Notes: generated by a model from the sequence alone, not told the origin. A DNA stretch of 64,000 nucleotides from an uncultured Dehalococcoidales bacterium (GCA_964606525.1 CAZSHH010000004.1:1558-65557), one strand, 5' to 3'. Positions 9,437 through 20,640 are shown, counted from the first letter of the stretch. Numbers and translations: made by a program.

Positions 9437-10417
9437 ATGGCAGGAAAAGACTACTATAAGATTCTTGGTGTTAAACGTGATGCCACGGAGCAGGAGATTA
9501 AACAAGCTTATCGTAAACTGGCACGTAAGCTGCATCCGGATGTGAACCCGGGCGACAAGTCCGCCGAAGCTAAGTTTAAAGAAGTAAACGAGGCTTATGA
9601 AATTCTTTCCGATAAAGATAAGCGGAAAAAGTACGACACTTACGGCGACCAGTGGCAGCATGCCGACCAGTTTGCCCGGTCCGGTGCACAACAGAACCCC
9701 TTCTGGCAGTCCGGTGAAACCCGGGAGTTTCAGTTCGATGACGGCGATTTCGCTTCTATCTTTGGAAATCTTTTCCGTGGTGGCCGGACCGGCCGGTCCA
9801 GCCGGACTCGTACCAGGGAAAACCTGGATATGGACCTGCCCATCGAAGTGACCCTGGAAGAAGCCTACCTGGGCACCCGGCGCGTGATCAGCCTGGAAGG
9901 CAGCACCCGTTGTGCCACCTGCCAGGGGACCGGTAGTATTCGGAATGTACCTTGTTCCGTATGCCGCGGCACCGGGGTTTTACCTAACATGAAAAAGATC
10001 GAAGTTACTATTCCTGCGGGGGTTGCCGATGGTTCCCGTATTCGTGTCGCCGGTAAAGGGCGGCAGGATGGTACTGGAAATGCCGGTGACCTGTACCTGG
10101 TAGTAACCGTTAAACCACATAGTATTTTTGAGCGTAAAGGCAATGATTTGTATGTCGATGTTTCCGTCCCTCTGGTTGTAGCCGTACTCGGCGGTGAAGC
10201 CCAGGTGCCGACACCGAAGGGAAACCTGGCTTTGAAAATCCCGCCGGAGACACAAAACGGTGTCACTTTCCGTTTGACAGGCCAGGGTATGCCCCGTCTG
10301 GGAGAGACTCAACGCGGAGATATTCTGGCCCGGGTCAAGGTTGTCTTACCGACCAAATTATCCTCTGAGGGAAAAAAGCTCTTTGAGCAGCTGGGAAAGC
10401 TGCAAGGGAGTAAATAG
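9437..10417 (+). CDS. dnaJ: DnaJ-class co-chaperone (J domain, half zinc-finger, C-terminal substrate domains)
   Basis: 326-aa ORF. J domain DYYKILGV...HPD. Only two CxxCxGxG repeats ([16 protein letters not shown]) instead of four. Directly followed by hspR. Confidence 0.85.
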   Translation: MAGKDYYKILGVKRDATEQEIKQAYRKLARKLHPDVNPGDKSAEAKFKEVNEAYEILSDKDKRKKYDTYGDQWQHADQFARSGAQQNPFWQSGETREFQFDDGDFASIFGNLFRGGRTGRSSRTRTRENLDMDLPIEVTLEEAYLGTRRVISLEGSTRCATCQGTGSIRNVPCSVCRGTGVLPNMKKIEVTIPAGVADGSRIRVAGKGRQDGTGNAGDLYLVVTVKPHSIFERKGNDLYVDVSVPLVVAVLGGEAQVPTPKGNLALKIPPETQNGVTFRLTGQGMPRLGETQRGDILARVKVVLPTKLSSEGKKLFEQLGKLQGSK

Positions 10418-10419
10418 TA

Positions 10420-10803
10420 ATGACGGAATACCGGATGGAATGGCATCGGATCAGTGCAGACAGCGAACCCCGGTATGTGATTAGTGTCGCCGCCAGGATG
10501 CTGGGAGTACAGTCCCATACGCTGCGTTATTATGAGCGGATCGGTATCATCGAACCATCACGTTCCCGGGGCAACATTCGCCTGTATTCGGAAAGTGACA
10601 TTGCTTATGTAAGGCAGTTGAAAAAACTGATGGATGACCTGGGTGTCAATCTGGCGGGCGTTGAAATCATCCTGCGAATGGCAAAAAACATGGATAATAT
10701 GCAGCGCCGTATCGAAGCCCTGGAGTCCGAAATAAAACAACTGCGCGGGGAAGCGTCGAACATTAGTAGCAACCCGCTTGATAACCCGGTGCGAGAGGAG
10801 TAG
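10420..10803 (+). CDS. hspR: MerR-family heat-shock regulator HspR
   Basis: 127-aa ORF. YVISVAARMLGVQSHTLRYYERIGII...NLAGVEIILRM matches the HspR pattern. Starts 2 nt after the dnaJ stop. Confidence 0.8.
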   Translation: MTEYRMEWHRISADSEPRYVISVAARMLGVQSHTLRYYERIGIIEPSRSRGNIRLYSESDIAYVRQLKKLMDDLGVNLAGVEIILRMAKNMDNMQRRIEALESEIKQLRGEASNISSNPLDNPVREE

Positions 10804-10812
10804 GAGTCGCAT

Positions 10813-11610
10813 ATGGCTAGTATTGCTGTTGAAAACGAAGCTAGTGAAGTCGCCCGGCAGCTCTTCGGCTCACGTAAAGCTGCCCGGGCGGACTTTACCC
10901 GGCAGTTGCTGGAAACGTATGACCGGAGCCAGGATAAGGATTTTCTAGTTATCCATAATCCCGGGGGGTGGGGTTGTTCCAGCCTGGACCGCTGTTTGGA
11001 TTGGGAGAAAAGTATCGTGGAAGGGGTGAAATCGACCATCGATCATATGGGTTACAGTTCGATATTAACCCAGTATTTCCGTACCCGGGACAGCATCTGG
11101 TCCCACTTCATGGATATCCGGGAACAAATAAGCTTCTTTTTTCAAGGACATTACAGCCAGGCGCGGGTATTGGCTGCCGAATTGAAATTCCTTGTCGAAC
11201 ACTCTGACCGTTTAAAGATCGTCATGGTCGGTGTCAGCCAGGGCGCGGGCTTTAGCAATACCGTTTTGCGCAATCTCGGTGAAGTGCACGGCGTATACAG
11301 TATCGAGTTGGGGACCATGTTTGTTCATGTTCCCCGGCGCGTGGTTAATGATCATACCCTGGCGATCGATAATAATGGCATTGTCCCCGACCCTTTCGTC
11401 AAGTGCGATCTTTGGGCGGGTATCACAGCTTATGCCGCAGCTTCGCTGCGCTGGTTGAAATACCAGGCGATCCGTAAACCAAAACGTTTTACCAGGTGCG
11501 TGCATATGCCGGGGCACGACTATAGTTGGGAATATCCCGGCGTGAAACCAAAGATAGAGACCTTCCTGAAAACCAGGTTTGGCCGGAAGGCGGAGGAAAA
11601 GCGATCATGA
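10813..11610 (+). CDS. hypothetical protein with a GxSxG (GVSQG) nucleophile-elbow-like motif
   Basis: 265-aa ORF. No family recognised. Its stop overlaps the clpC start (ATGA at 11607-11610), so it is translationally coupled within the hspR operon. Confidence 0.6.
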   Translation: MASIAVENEASEVARQLFGSRKAARADFTRQLLETYDRSQDKDFLVIHNPGGWGCSSLDRCLDWEKSIVEGVKSTIDHMGYSSILTQYFRTRDSIWSHFMDIREQISFFFQGHYSQARVLAAELKFLVEHSDRLKIVMVGVSQGAGFSNTVLRNLGEVHGVYSIELGTMFVHVPRRVVNDHTLAIDNNGIVPDPFVKCDLWAGITAYAAASLRWLKYQAIRKPKRFTRCVHMPGHDYSWEYPGVKPKIETFLKTRFGRKAEEKRS

Positions 11611-14069
11611 AACAGGAAAGATTTACTGAACAAGCCCAGGAAGCATTACAAATGTCCCAGGGCATCGTGCGTGAATTTAAACACAGCCAATGGGATGTCG
11701 AACATGTATTATTAGCACTGTTGAGGCAGGAAAAAGGCCTTGTCGGTGAGATATTGTCGGAACTTAAGGTAGACATCGACACTATCCGGCAGCAGGTGGT
11801 CCGGGCCCTGGAACGGATGCCCAAGCTGTCTTATGAGTCTCCCCAGGCGCAGATGTATGCCACGCCCCGGGTTGCCCAGTTGTTACAGGCAGCGGAAGCG
11901 GAAGCCGACCGTCTGAAAGACGAATTTGTCGGTACGGAGCACCTGTTTATCGCCATCACCCGGGAAGAGAAGGGTGAGGCTTTCTCCATCTTAAAACGCT
12001 CGGGTATCGACCAGGAGAAGGTCTTTCAGGCCTTGCAGAAGCTGCGCGGCAGCCATCGTGTCACCGATGCCCATGCCGAAAGTAAATACCGCTCGTTGCA
12101 GAAGTACGGGCGTGACCTTACCCAGATCGCCCGGGAAGGCAAGCTGGACCCCGTTATCGGCCGGGCAGATGAGATCAAGCGGGTGATGCAGATCCTCAGC
12201 CGCCGTACCAAGAACAATCCTATCATCGTCGGTGAAGCCGGTGTCGGTAAAACGGCCATCGCTGAAGGCCTGGCTCAGAAAATTATCTCCGAAGACGTGC
12301 CCAATTCATTGAAAGGGAAGCGGGTAATAGCGCTGGACATGGGCAGCCTGGTCGCCGGCAGCAAGTTCCGCGGCGAATTTGAAGAGCGGTTAAAAGCTGT
12401 CATGGACGAAGTCCGGGAATCAAAAGGTGAGGTAATCCTTTTCATCGATGAATTCCATACCGTGGTTGGGGCGGGAGGTGCGGAGGGCGCTATCGATGCC
12501 GGCAATATGTTGAAACCGGCTCTGGCCCGGGGTGAACTCCAGTGCATCGGGGCGACTACCCTCAATGAATATCGTAAATACATCGAAAAAGATAAAGCCC
12601 TGGAGCGGCGTATGCAGCCGGTCTTTGTGACCGAACCCAGCGTTGAATCGACCATTGAAATGCTGCGCGGCCTGCGCCCTAAATATGAAGCCCACCATAA
12701 GATCAAAATCGATGATGAGGCCCTGGATGCAGCCGCTAAACTCAGCCAGCGCTATATTTCCGACCGGCACCTGCCGGATAAGGCCATCGACCTCATTGAT
12801 GAAGCCGCCAGTAAGCTGCGTATTGAAAATGAGAGCCCGCCGCCGGAGATACAGGAACTTGAACAGAAACTCAAACAGGTTACCAGCGAAGAAGAAGCTA
12901 CCTCGCACCGACAGGACTATCAGCGTGCCGCTGAAGTCAAGGCGGAACGCCTGCGTATTGAACAGGAATACAATGAAGCCAAAAGCAACTGGTTGAAACG
13001 CAATAAGATCGAAAGTGTAGTAACTGAAAAAACGATCGCTGAGCTGATTTCCAAGTGGACCGGCGTGCCGGTTTCCCAGATGCTGGAAGGCGAAGCCGAA
13101 AAACTGCTGCACATGGAAGACCGCATTCATGAACGACTGGTAGACCAGGAAGAAGCAGTGACTGCCATTTCCGAAGCCATCCGGCGCAGCCGCTCCGGTT
13201 TGAAAGACCCTAAGCGGCCTATCGGCAGTTTCATGTTCCTCGGCCCAACCGGTGTCGGTAAGACCGAACTAGCCCGCAGCCTGGCCTGGTTCCTCTTCGA
13301 TAATGAGAATGCCATGATACGGCTCGATATGTCCGAGTACCAGGAGCGGCATACCGTGTCCCGCCTTATTGGAGCTCCTCCGGGATATGTCGGTTTCGAA
13401 GAAGGCGGCCAGTTGACCGAAGCGGTACGGCGCCGGCCCTACAGCGTCATCCTGCTGGATGAGATCGAAAAAGCGCATACCGATGTCTTCAACACCCTCC
13501 TCCAGCTGCTGGACGACGGGCGATTAACCGACGGCCAGGGGCGTACTGTCGACTTTAAAAATACCGTCATTATCATGACCAGCAATGCCGGCGTCGAGCT
13601 AATCAAGAAGGAATCCTCCCTGGGTTTTACTCCGCAAAAAGATGCGGTTAAAGCCCGCAAGCGCAGTTACGAGGAGATGCGGGACCGGGTGATGGCCGAA
13701 GTGCGGAAGCTGTTCCGTCCCGAATTCATCAACCGCCTGGACGACATCATTGTCTTCCACGAACTGAATGAAGAGCAGACCCGGGCGATCGTCGATTTGA
13801 TGGTCAAAGACCTGGAACGGCGGTTGGCCGAACGGAAGTTGGGACTGGAAATAACCGATGCCGCCAAAGCATGGTTGGCACAAACCGGCTTCGACCCGGT
13901 CTATGGCGCCAGACCGCTGCGCCGAGCCATCGAACGGTACGTGGAGAACCCGCTGTCGGCTAAAATACTGGCAGCGGATTTTGAAGAGGGCGAAATGGTT
14001 GTCGTCGATTTGAAAGAAGACGAACTGGTGTTTACCGCTAAAACCCCGGAAAAAACCCGCCGCCGCTAA
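11607..14069 (+). CDS. clpC: class I Hsp100 AAA+ ATPase, ClpC-type
   Basis: 820 aa from the ATG at 11607 ([14 protein letters not shown]...). Two AAA+ modules ([16 protein letters not shown]). A short UVR-like M-domain is collinear with ClpC, and an LGF tripeptide loop (SSLGFT) is typical of ClpP-binding partners and absent from ClpB. The ORF-track start at 11526 lies inside the upstream gene. Confidence 0.85.
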   Translation: MKQERFTEQAQEALQMSQGIVREFKHSQWDVEHVLLALLRQEKGLVGEILSELKVDIDTIRQQVVRALERMPKLSYESPQAQMYATPRVAQLLQAAEAEADRLKDEFVGTEHLFIAITREEKGEAFSILKRSGIDQEKVFQALQKLRGSHRVTDAHAESKYRSLQKYGRDLTQIAREGKLDPVIGRADEIKRVMQILSRRTKNNPIIVGEAGVGKTAIAEGLAQKIISEDVPNSLKGKRVIALDMGSLVAGSKFRGEFEERLKAVMDEVRESKGEVILFIDEFHTVVGAGGAEGAIDAGNMLKPALARGELQCIGATTLNEYRKYIEKDKALERRMQPVFVTEPSVESTIEMLRGLRPKYEAHHKIKIDDEALDAAAKLSQRYISDRHLPDKAIDLIDEAASKLRIENESPPPEIQELEQKLKQVTSEEEATSHRQDYQRAAEVKAERLRIEQEYNEAKSNWLKRNKIESVVTEKTIAELISKWTGVPVSQMLEGEAEKLLHMEDRIHERLVDQEEAVTAISEAIRRSRSGLKDPKRPIGSFMFLGPTGVGKTELARSLAWFLFDNENAMIRLDMSEYQERHTVSRLIGAPPGYVGFEEGGQLTEAVRRRPYSVILLDEIEKAHTDVFNTLLQLLDDGRLTDGQGRTVDFKNTVIIMTSNAGVELIKKESSLGFTPQKDAVKARKRSYEEMRDRVMAEVRKLFRPEFINRLDDIIVFHELNEEQTRAIVDLMVKDLERRLAERKLGLEITDAAKAWLAQTGFDPVYGARPLRRAIERYVENPLSAKILAADFEEGEMVVVDLKEDELVFTAKTPEKTRRR

Positions 14070-14094
14070 CTTAAGCATCAGGCAGTAACCTTAA

Positions 14095-14132
14095 GACGGG
14101 CATCTCTCATGAGGATGCCCGTCCCGCTTTTT
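14095..14132 (+). terminator. intrinsic terminator after clpC
   Basis: GACGGGCATC-tctcatgag-GATGCCCGTC followed by CCGCTTTTTATT. Confidence 0.8.
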
Positions 14133-14267
14133 ATTACCCCAATTGACTAGAAATGGGAGATTAGATATTCGATATAAGGATTTACTTTGGATTTAGAAAT
14201 TAGAAATTAGGATTTTGTTTTGAGTTTAGCAGTTGAGAGCAAGCTGCTTAAACTCCGCCTTAGTTCT

Positions 14268-14546
14268 TTAGCCCTCGATCCGTCCGTCCACCCAGGTTTC
14301 CTCGCCCGTTTTATCATCATCATCAATTCCTGTATTAAAACCAACACCAGGGTCCTCAACCGGGTTGACCAGGATATGGACAAATACCGCCGCACCCTGC
14401 GGATCATGTTCCAGGACCAACTCCCCCCGGCCGGAGTGATGGCCGATTGGGTTCCGGGCGTTGTTCCTGGTAGTGTATGAGGGAGGTGTGACATGTCTGC
14501 ATGGTCCGCGCTCCCTCGATCGTTCCCGGTAGGGTTGTACCCTCAC
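14268..14546 (-). CDS. questionable small ORF (92 aa), possibly a gene remnant
   Basis: GTG start preceded by GGAGAGG 5 nt upstream. The N-terminal half is Arg-rich and of low plausibility. The C-terminal half (ELVLEHDPQGAAVFVHILVNPVEDPGVGF...) looks protein-like. Two other overlapping ORFs compete with it. Confidence 0.2.
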   Translation of the reverse strand: MRVQPYRERSRERGPCRHVTPPSYTTRNNARNPIGHHSGRGELVLEHDPQGAAVFVHILVNPVEDPGVGFNTGIDDDDKTGEETWVDGRIEG

Positions 14547-14626
14547 CTTCGCCTCTCCCGTCGAGGGAGAGGAAAAATATTTCGTGAGGATTTCTTGTCT
14601 CCTGGTTATTGGTTGCTTATTCAGTT

Positions 14627-14655
14627 TTGATAGTACCTGTATTGTCGGATATAAT
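14627..14655 (+). promoter_or_regulatory. candidate sigma-70 promoter of the ABC transporter operon
   Basis: TTGATA, 17 nt, TATAAT. Lies about 80 nt upstream of the substrate-binding protein start. Confidence 0.5.
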
Positions 14656-14734
14656 TCAGATAGTATACATGCCCTGTTCGTTTATATGGAACGGCTGTTG
14701 AGTTGTGGTGCGGCCAAAGGGACAAGGAGGTTTA

Positions 14735-15730
14735 ATGAACAGGTTCAAAGCATTCCTTTCTATGTTCATTGTTACCGGTTTGGTCCTGGTATCATCGTGT
14801 TCTTCTACCCCCGCCACCGAAAAGCTGGCCAAGATAAGGCTGGTCGGCACGATCGGCCCCATGTCCATTCCTTTGGCATACATGGTAGAAAACAACAGCC
14901 TGGCCTCGGTAGCGGAAGAGACCACCCTGGATATCTGGGCCAATCCCACACAGCTGCAGGCGATCATCACCGGCGGCCAGGGCGATTTCATCTCCCTGCC
15001 GACCAACTCTGCGGCGACCTTCTACAACAAGGGAATCCCGCTGCAAATCCTGGACAGTTCGATATGGAATATACTCTACGTCATTACCACCGACACCGGT
15101 ATTGAGTCCATGGCCGACCTGAAAGGCAAAAAGATCGTGGTGCCTTACCAGGGGGCGGTTCCCGATGCCATTTTCCAGGTTGCCTTATCCCGGCAGGGGA
15201 TCGACCCGGAGCAGGATATCGATATTTTTTATGCCGCCGATCCCGTCCAGGGTTCGCAGCTTTTGTTATCCGGCCAGGAAAAATATGCCCTGTTATCTGA
15301 ACCTTCGGCCACTTCGGTTATCCTTAAAGGGAAGAGCAGCGGGACTGATTTTGTCCGTGCTTTGAATATGCAGGAAGAGTGCCGGAAAGGCGCACAAGGC
15401 CTGGATACCCCGGTGGCCGGGAACATCGCCCTGGGAGCCATGAAGGATAATGATGATGCCGTGAATACCTTTATCAAAGAATATCAAAAAGCGGTGAAAT
15501 GGGTGCTGGATAATCCGGAAGAAGCCGGCGAAATCGGCGCAAAAATATTGGCCACCCAGGGTTTCACTGCGGAAGCCCTGACCCAATCGCTGCAGAGTAT
15601 CGACTGGGAATACGTCTCTGCCCAGCAGGCCCGGCCGGACATGGAGGAGTTCTTTAATGCCCTGGCTGAAGTAAATCCTAATTTCATCGGAGGTAAACTT
15701 CCTGATGACGGCTTCTACGGAAAGCAGTAA
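14735..15730 (+). CDS. ABC transporter substrate-binding lipoprotein, NMT1/THI5 (nitrate/sulfonate/taurine-like) family
   Basis: ATG at 14735 is preceded by AAGGAGG. Signal peptide with a lipobox-like LVSSC. Periplasmic-binding-protein-like sequence followed by permease and ATPase genes. Confidence 0.82.
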   Translation: MNRFKAFLSMFIVTGLVLVSSCSSTPATEKLAKIRLVGTIGPMSIPLAYMVENNSLASVAEETTLDIWANPTQLQAIITGGQGDFISLPTNSAATFYNKGIPLQILDSSIWNILYVITTDTGIESMADLKGKKIVVPYQGAVPDAIFQVALSRQGIDPEQDIDIFYAADPVQGSQLLLSGQEKYALLSEPSATSVILKGKSSGTDFVRALNMQEECRKGAQGLDTPVAGNIALGAMKDNDDAVNTFIKEYQKAVKWVLDNPEEAGEIGAKILATQGFTAEALTQSLQSIDWEYVSAQQARPDMEEFFNALAEVNPNFIGGKLPDDGFYGKQ

Positions 15731-16508
15731 GCCGGTTACAAGTAATATCAGCCTATATCAACAACACCCGGTATTGTTTGTTTTATTGGGAATTGCCAGT
15801 ATGATCATCATCTGGCAATTCCTTTCTATGATTTTTTCTCCAATCATTATTGCTTCTCCCGCTGCCACCCTGGAAGCGGTCATCCGCCTGGCCGGTGACG
15901 GCGAACTCTGGATACAGTTCGGCTACAGCCTGGCCCGCCTCCTGATCGGGCTCGCCGCCGGTTCAGTGATCGGTATTACCCTGGGTATTTTAGCCGGCTT
16001 GAACCCTCCCTTACGTTCTTTCCTTGAACCGATGCGGTGGGGCATTATGACCGTACCGGCCATCGTGATTTCGGTCCTGGCCATGCTCTGGTTCGGCATG
16101 GGCAGCCTCCAGGTCATTTTCATGACCGGCGTGATTACCATCCCCACCAATTACGTAAATACTCTGGAAGGGATGCTGGCGATCGATGCCCGCATCATCG
16201 AAATGTCCGATATTTATCATATCCCCCCCCGCCTCCGCCTGACCCAGATCTACCTGCCGGGCATCGGTTCAGCGGTATTAGCCGGTTTGACCCTGGCTTC
16301 AGGCGTCGGGGTCCGGGCCTCGATCCTGGCTGAGTTCATCGGCGCCCGCAGCGGTATCGGCCACAGCTTGTTTCTATCATGGACCTTCCTGGATACACCG
16401 GCCTTGTTCGCCTGGATCATCGTGACCTTTATCCTGCTGGGCCTTGTGGAATTCGGTATTTTAAAACCGGTCCGGGACCGGTTGACGCGGTGGAAGCGCA
16501 TGGCATGA
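15705..16508 (+). CDS. ABC transporter permease (SsuC/TauC-like)
   Basis: 267-aa hydrophobic ORF with about 6 predicted TM segments and an EAA-like loop. Overlaps the preceding gene by 26 nt. Confidence 0.85.
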   Translation: MTASTESSKPVTSNISLYQQHPVLFVLLGIASMIIIWQFLSMIFSPIIIASPAATLEAVIRLAGDGELWIQFGYSLARLLIGLAAGSVIGITLGILAGLNPPLRSFLEPMRWGIMTVPAIVISVLAMLWFGMGSLQVIFMTGVITIPTNYVNTLEGMLAIDARIIEMSDIYHIPPRLRLTQIYLPGIGSAVLAGLTLASGVGVRASILAEFIGARSGIGHSLFLSWTFLDTPALFAWIIVTFILLGLVEFGILKPVRDRLTRWKRMA

Positions 16509-17191
16509 TCAGATTTAAAAACGTCACTAAAAACCTGGGCGGGCGGACCATCCTCAAAGACGTGAGTTTTAAGATCAGCAAACACGAGTCCGTCGCCGTC
16601 TTGGGTGCTTCCGGTTCCGGGAAAACTACGCTGCTGAAATTGATCGCCGGAACGATACAACCGGATGCCGGGACTATCGAACTCGACAGCCAGAAGATCG
16701 GCTTCGTTTTCCAGGATCACCGTTTATTACCCTGGCGTACTGCCCAGGATAACATTATTCTGCCTTTATTGGCTGCCGGTAAAAATTATGAGTCCGCCCG
16801 CCGCCGGGCCCGGTCCTGGATGGACCATTTGCGGCTCCATGGTTTTTATAACTACTATCCCCGCCAGTTGAGCGGCGGTATGGTACAAAGGGTATCACTG
16901 GCCCGGGCATTTGCCATCGAACCCGATATCATGTTAATGGACGAACCTTTCAGTAGCCTGGATGCCCGCTTAGCCGATTCACTGCGCCGTGAACTTAAGG
17001 AAGTCCTTGCCGGTTACCGCATGACCACCGTATATGTAACCCATGATTACCCGGAAGCGCTGAGTATGGCAAAACGGATATTCCGCCTACAGGAAAGCGG
17101 CATCAACGATACTTCGGTGTCCGACCAGGAGGCGGCCATCAAAGACTATTTCACCGGCCGCCTGAACGATGTCGGGGTGGGATACTGGTAG
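16505..17191 (+). CDS. ABC transporter ATP-binding protein
   Basis: Start MIRFKNVTK at an ATGA overlap with the permease stop. Walker A GASGSGKTT, signature LSGGMVQR, Walker B IMLMDEP. Confidence 0.9.
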   Translation: MIRFKNVTKNLGGRTILKDVSFKISKHESVAVLGASGSGKTTLLKLIAGTIQPDAGTIELDSQKIGFVFQDHRLLPWRTAQDNIILPLLAAGKNYESARRRARSWMDHLRLHGFYNYYPRQLSGGMVQRVSLARAFAIEPDIMLMDEPFSSLDARLADSLRRELKEVLAGYRMTTVYVTHDYPEALSMAKRIFRLQESGINDTSVSDQEAAIKDYFTGRLNDVGVGYW

Positions 17192-17214
17192 GTTTTATCT
17201 CCGGCGGCAAGCGT

Positions 17215-19203
17215 TTATTTCAACCGCCGGTACATGTTCTCCAGGTCTTCGAGCCATAACTGCGCTTCGCCTTCGGAAGGCATGCGCCAATCGCCGCGCG
17301 GCGATAAACTGACGGTACCTACCTTCGGGCCTTCGGGTAAACAGGTTCGCTTGAACTGGTTGCTAAAGAATCGGCGAAGAAAACTGGCAAACCACTTATA
17401 AAGGTCATCCAGGGCATATTGTTTTTCGAATAAACCGCGTTTGGCGGTCTCGTGGGCTAAAAAGAGTATTTTACTGGGCGGCATCCCGAAGCGGATGAAC
17501 GGATAGAGGAAATAATCTGCCAGTTCCACTGGACCGATGATATCTTCGCTTTTCTGGACGATGCGGCCGTTTTCCGGGCGCTGTAATTCCGGCGAAATTG
17601 GCGTTGCCAGGACATCACGTAGTATCCGGCTGGCAGGACTATGTTTCAATTCTTCTTCAGCCACCCAGCGGATGAGATACTGCACGAGTGTCTTGGGCAC
17701 CGAGGCATTGACGTGATAATGCGACATATGGTCGCCGGAAAAGGTCGCCCAGCCTAACGCAATTTCTGTTAGATCCCCGGTTCCCAGTACGATGCCTTTG
17801 ACCTGGTTGGCTTTGTTGAACAGGAATTCGGTACGGTATCTTGCCTGGACGTTCTCAAAGACAACGTCGCCGTTGCCATCATGGGCCAGGTCCTCGAGGT
17901 GTACCTTGCTGCTCCGGGTAATACTGATTTTCTCCAGGTGCACGCCCAGGCTTGCGGCCAAACGTGTCGCATTGCCCCTGGTCCGACTGGTCGTACCAAA
18001 CCCGGGCATGGTAAAGGCATAGACATTTTCTCTCGGCAGCTTCAGGAAGTCAATCGTCTTAACCGCGACCAGGAGGGCGAGTGTCGAATCCAGGCCGCCG
18101 GAGACCCCGATTACCAGTCTTTCCTGACGGGCACCGCGCATCTTCTGCGCCAGGGCCGCTACCTGCATGGCAAAAATATCACGGCACCTCTCGGCCCTGC
18201 ACTCCCGGTCGGCGGGGACAAAGGGATGAGCTTCCAACGGGCGGAACAGGGCAGCAGGAACCGGATCAACAACCTTCACATCTACGATACGGTATGTGAG
18301 TACCTCGGAAGAGATATCACGGAAACTGTTATTGACTCTCCGGTCATGGGCCAAACGCCCCATATCAAGATCACTTACGATCAACTGCGGCCCGGCGGTC
18401 AAGGTTTCCGCTTCCTTGATGACAGTACCATTCTCGGCGATGACGGCATGCCCGCTGAAGACAACATCGTTTGAGGATTCACCGATCCCGGATGAAGTAT
18501 AACAGTAAGCCGCCGAACAACGGCCGGACTCTGAAACGATCATGGTCCGGCGCCATTCTTTCTTGCCCAGCACTTCATTACTCGCCGAAATATTCACCAG
18601 CAGCGTTGCCCCGCCTGCTGCCTGTGATTCATGAGGAGACAGCGGCATCCAGAGATCTTCACAAATTTCTACACCAATAATGGCCTCGCTATTATTTAAA
18701 CGGAACAGGAGGTCGGTCCCGAAGGGTACCTGCTGGCCTGCCAGTTCGATAGTATCTATTTGTGCCGTAGAACCTGAAGACCACCACCGCTCTTCATAAA
18801 ATTCCTTGTAATTCGGGATGAAGGTTTTAGGGATTACGCCCTGTATTTTCCCGGCGTTGATCATCACCGCGCAGTTGAATACCTTTTGTTCCACCAGCAA
18901 GGGCATCCCTACGACGATGAGCATACCCTTACCGGCGGTCTGTTTGAGTAATTGCTCTAATCCCCGCTGCGCTCCCATGAGTAAAACCTGGTGATGAATT
19001 AGGTCGCCGATCGTATAACCGGTAAGCGACATCTCCGGGAAGGCCAGGATTTGTACCTGTTCCGCCTGGGCCTGGGCGATAGCGGCAGTAATGGCGGCGA
19101 CATTGAAATCGACGTCAGCGATCCGTAATCCGGGGACAGACAATCCCATCCGTATAAAACCAAGGTCCTTGCTTAACCGGATCTCGTCTTTACTAATGGC
19201 CAT
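17215..19203 (-). CDS. nadE: glutamine-dependent NAD+ synthetase (CN-hydrolase domain plus NAD synthetase domain)
   Basis: 662-aa ORF. N-terminal nitrilase-like domain (EICEDLW) and C-terminal PP-loop domain (GVSGGLDST). Confidence 0.92.
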   Translation of the reverse strand: MAISKDEIRLSKDLGFIRMGLSVPGLRIADVDFNVAAITAAIAQAQAEQVQILAFPEMSLTGYTIGDLIHHQVLLMGAQRGLEQLLKQTAGKGMLIVVGMPLLVEQKVFNCAVMINAGKIQGVIPKTFIPNYKEFYEERWWSSGSTAQIDTIELAGQQVPFGTDLLFRLNNSEAIIGVEICEDLWMPLSPHESQAAGGATLLVNISASNEVLGKKEWRRTMIVSESGRCSAAYCYTSSGIGESSNDVVFSGHAVIAENGTVIKEAETLTAGPQLIVSDLDMGRLAHDRRVNNSFRDISSEVLTYRIVDVKVVDPVPAALFRPLEAHPFVPADRECRAERCRDIFAMQVAALAQKMRGARQERLVIGVSGGLDSTLALLVAVKTIDFLKLPRENVYAFTMPGFGTTSRTRGNATRLAASLGVHLEKISITRSSKVHLEDLAHDGNGDVVFENVQARYRTEFLFNKANQVKGIVLGTGDLTEIALGWATFSGDHMSHYHVNASVPKTLVQYLIRWVAEEELKHSPASRILRDVLATPISPELQRPENGRIVQKSEDIIGPVELADYFLYPFIRFGMPPSKILFLAHETAKRGLFEKQYALDDLYKWFASFLRRFFSNQFKRTCLPEGPKVGTVSLSPRGDWRMPSEGEAQLWLEDLENMYRRLK

Positions 19204-19261
19204 CTTTTCACCTACTAGAGCTTAAGTAAAGCACTTCTATAAGAAAAATAAGTCCGGATGC

Positions 19262-20608
19262 TTATAATATGGGCAGGTATTTATCGACCTCATAGTCGGA
19301 AATCTGCACCCGGTAGCGGTCCCATTCCACCTTTTTATTGGAGATGAAGGCATTAAAAGTATGTTCTCCCAGGGCTTCCCGCACCAGTTTACTTTTCTCC
19401 GTTAATTGGATCGCTTCCCACAGACTGCCTGGCAACTGGCCGATACCGCGCCGGGCACGTTCTGCTTCCGTCATGTGATATACATTTTCCTCTACCGGCG
19501 GCGGCAGTTCCAATTTCTCATTGATACCGGCCAGGCCAGCCGCCAGTAAGACGCTGAAACAAAGGTAGGGATTAGCCGCCGGGTCGGGAGAACGAATTTC
19601 AAATCTGGTCTCTTTTTCCTTTCCGACCTTGTAAGCAGGCAGGCGGATAAGGTCAGAACGGTTGCGCTGTGCCCAGGATAGATATACCGGGGCTTCATAA
19701 CCCGGCACCAAGCGTTTGTAAGAATTAACCCATTGATTGGTCACCGTGGTAAATTCCGGGGCATATTTGAGTAGACCGGCTAAGAAGTATTGGCCGACTT
19801 TCGATAGATAAAACTTTTCTTTGGGGTCAAAAAAGGCATTGGTATCACCTTTAAATAAGGATTGATGAACATGCATCCCACTGCCGTTAATACCAAATAC
19901 CGGTTTGGGCATAAAGGTCGCATAAACATCGTGCTGGGAAGCTACTTCTTTAACCACCAGGCGGTAGGTCATTACATTATCAGCCATCGTCAGGGCATCA
20001 TCGTACCGCATATCAATCTCATGCTGGCTGATAGCCGCTTCGTGATGCGATTTATCAACCCTGATCCCCATTTTTTCCAGGGCGAGAATGGCATCTCGGC
20101 GCAGGTCTGAAGCTACGCCGCGCGGGTCCATATCGAAATAACCGCCCACATCCAGTGGTTCGGTTCCTTTATTATCTTTGAAATAGAAGTATTCCAATTC
20201 AGGCCCGACATAGAAGGTGTATCCTAATTCGGATGCCTTCTTCAGGTTCCTCTTCAAGACATTGCGGGGATCGCCTTCAAACGGCTTTTTATCAACGGTA
20301 TAAATGTCGCAGTACATCCGGGCTATCGGAGTCTGTTCCGGTACCCAGGGTATCGGGGAATAAGTATTCGGATCAGGAACAGCTATCATATCGCTTTCAT
20401 CAACCCGGACAAAACCCTGGATGGAAGAACCATCAAAGCCTACCCCATCCTCCAAAGCTCCTTCCAACTCTTCAACCGGCAGGGAAAAGCTTTTCAGGAA
20501 ACCAAGAATATCGGTAAACCATAACCTGATGAACTTGATCCCCTGTTCATGGGCAGTTTTGACGACGTATTCTTTTGCTTCGTAGATCTCTTTTCTTCGG
20601 GCGGGCAT
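19262..20608 (-). CDS. glnA: glutamine synthetase type I (GSI-alpha-like)
   Basis: GS motifs (FDGSSI, GSGMHVHQS, NPYL). ATG at 20608 is preceded by AAAGGAGA. The GTG at 20638 used by the ORF track would overlap the predicted -10 box and TSS. Confidence 0.93.
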   Translation of the reverse strand: MPARRKEIYEAKEYVVKTAHEQGIKFIRLWFTDILGFLKSFSLPVEELEGALEDGVGFDGSSIQGFVRVDESDMIAVPDPNTYSPIPWVPEQTPIARMYCDIYTVDKKPFEGDPRNVLKRNLKKASELGYTFYVGPELEYFYFKDNKGTEPLDVGGYFDMDPRGVASDLRRDAILALEKMGIRVDKSHHEAAISQHEIDMRYDDALTMADNVMTYRLVVKEVASQHDVYATFMPKPVFGINGSGMHVHQSLFKGDTNAFFDPKEKFYLSKVGQYFLAGLLKYAPEFTTVTNQWVNSYKRLVPGYEAPVYLSWAQRNRSDLIRLPAYKVGKEKETRFEIRSPDPAANPYLCFSVLLAAGLAGINEKLELPPPVEENVYHMTEAERARRGIGQLPGSLWEAIQLTEKSKLVREALGEHTFNAFISNKKVEWDRYRVQISDYEVDKYLPIL

Positions 20609-20640
20609 CAGGTCTCCTTTATACGTGCAATATGTCACGA

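Noticed and set aside
14560-14734. TPP (THI-box) riboswitch in front of the NMT1/THI5-type ABC transporter
   Set aside because: No CUGAGA ... ACCUGAUCUGGAUAAUGCCAGCG-like core is visible in the leader. Only a short GTTC-N9-GAAC hairpin is present.
14584-15105. 173-aa + strand ORF upstream of and overlapping the substrate-binding protein gene
   Set aside because: It is out of frame with the well-supported lipoprotein gene, which has an SD, signal peptide and lipobox. Its sequence is Gly/Arg/His-rich and implausible.
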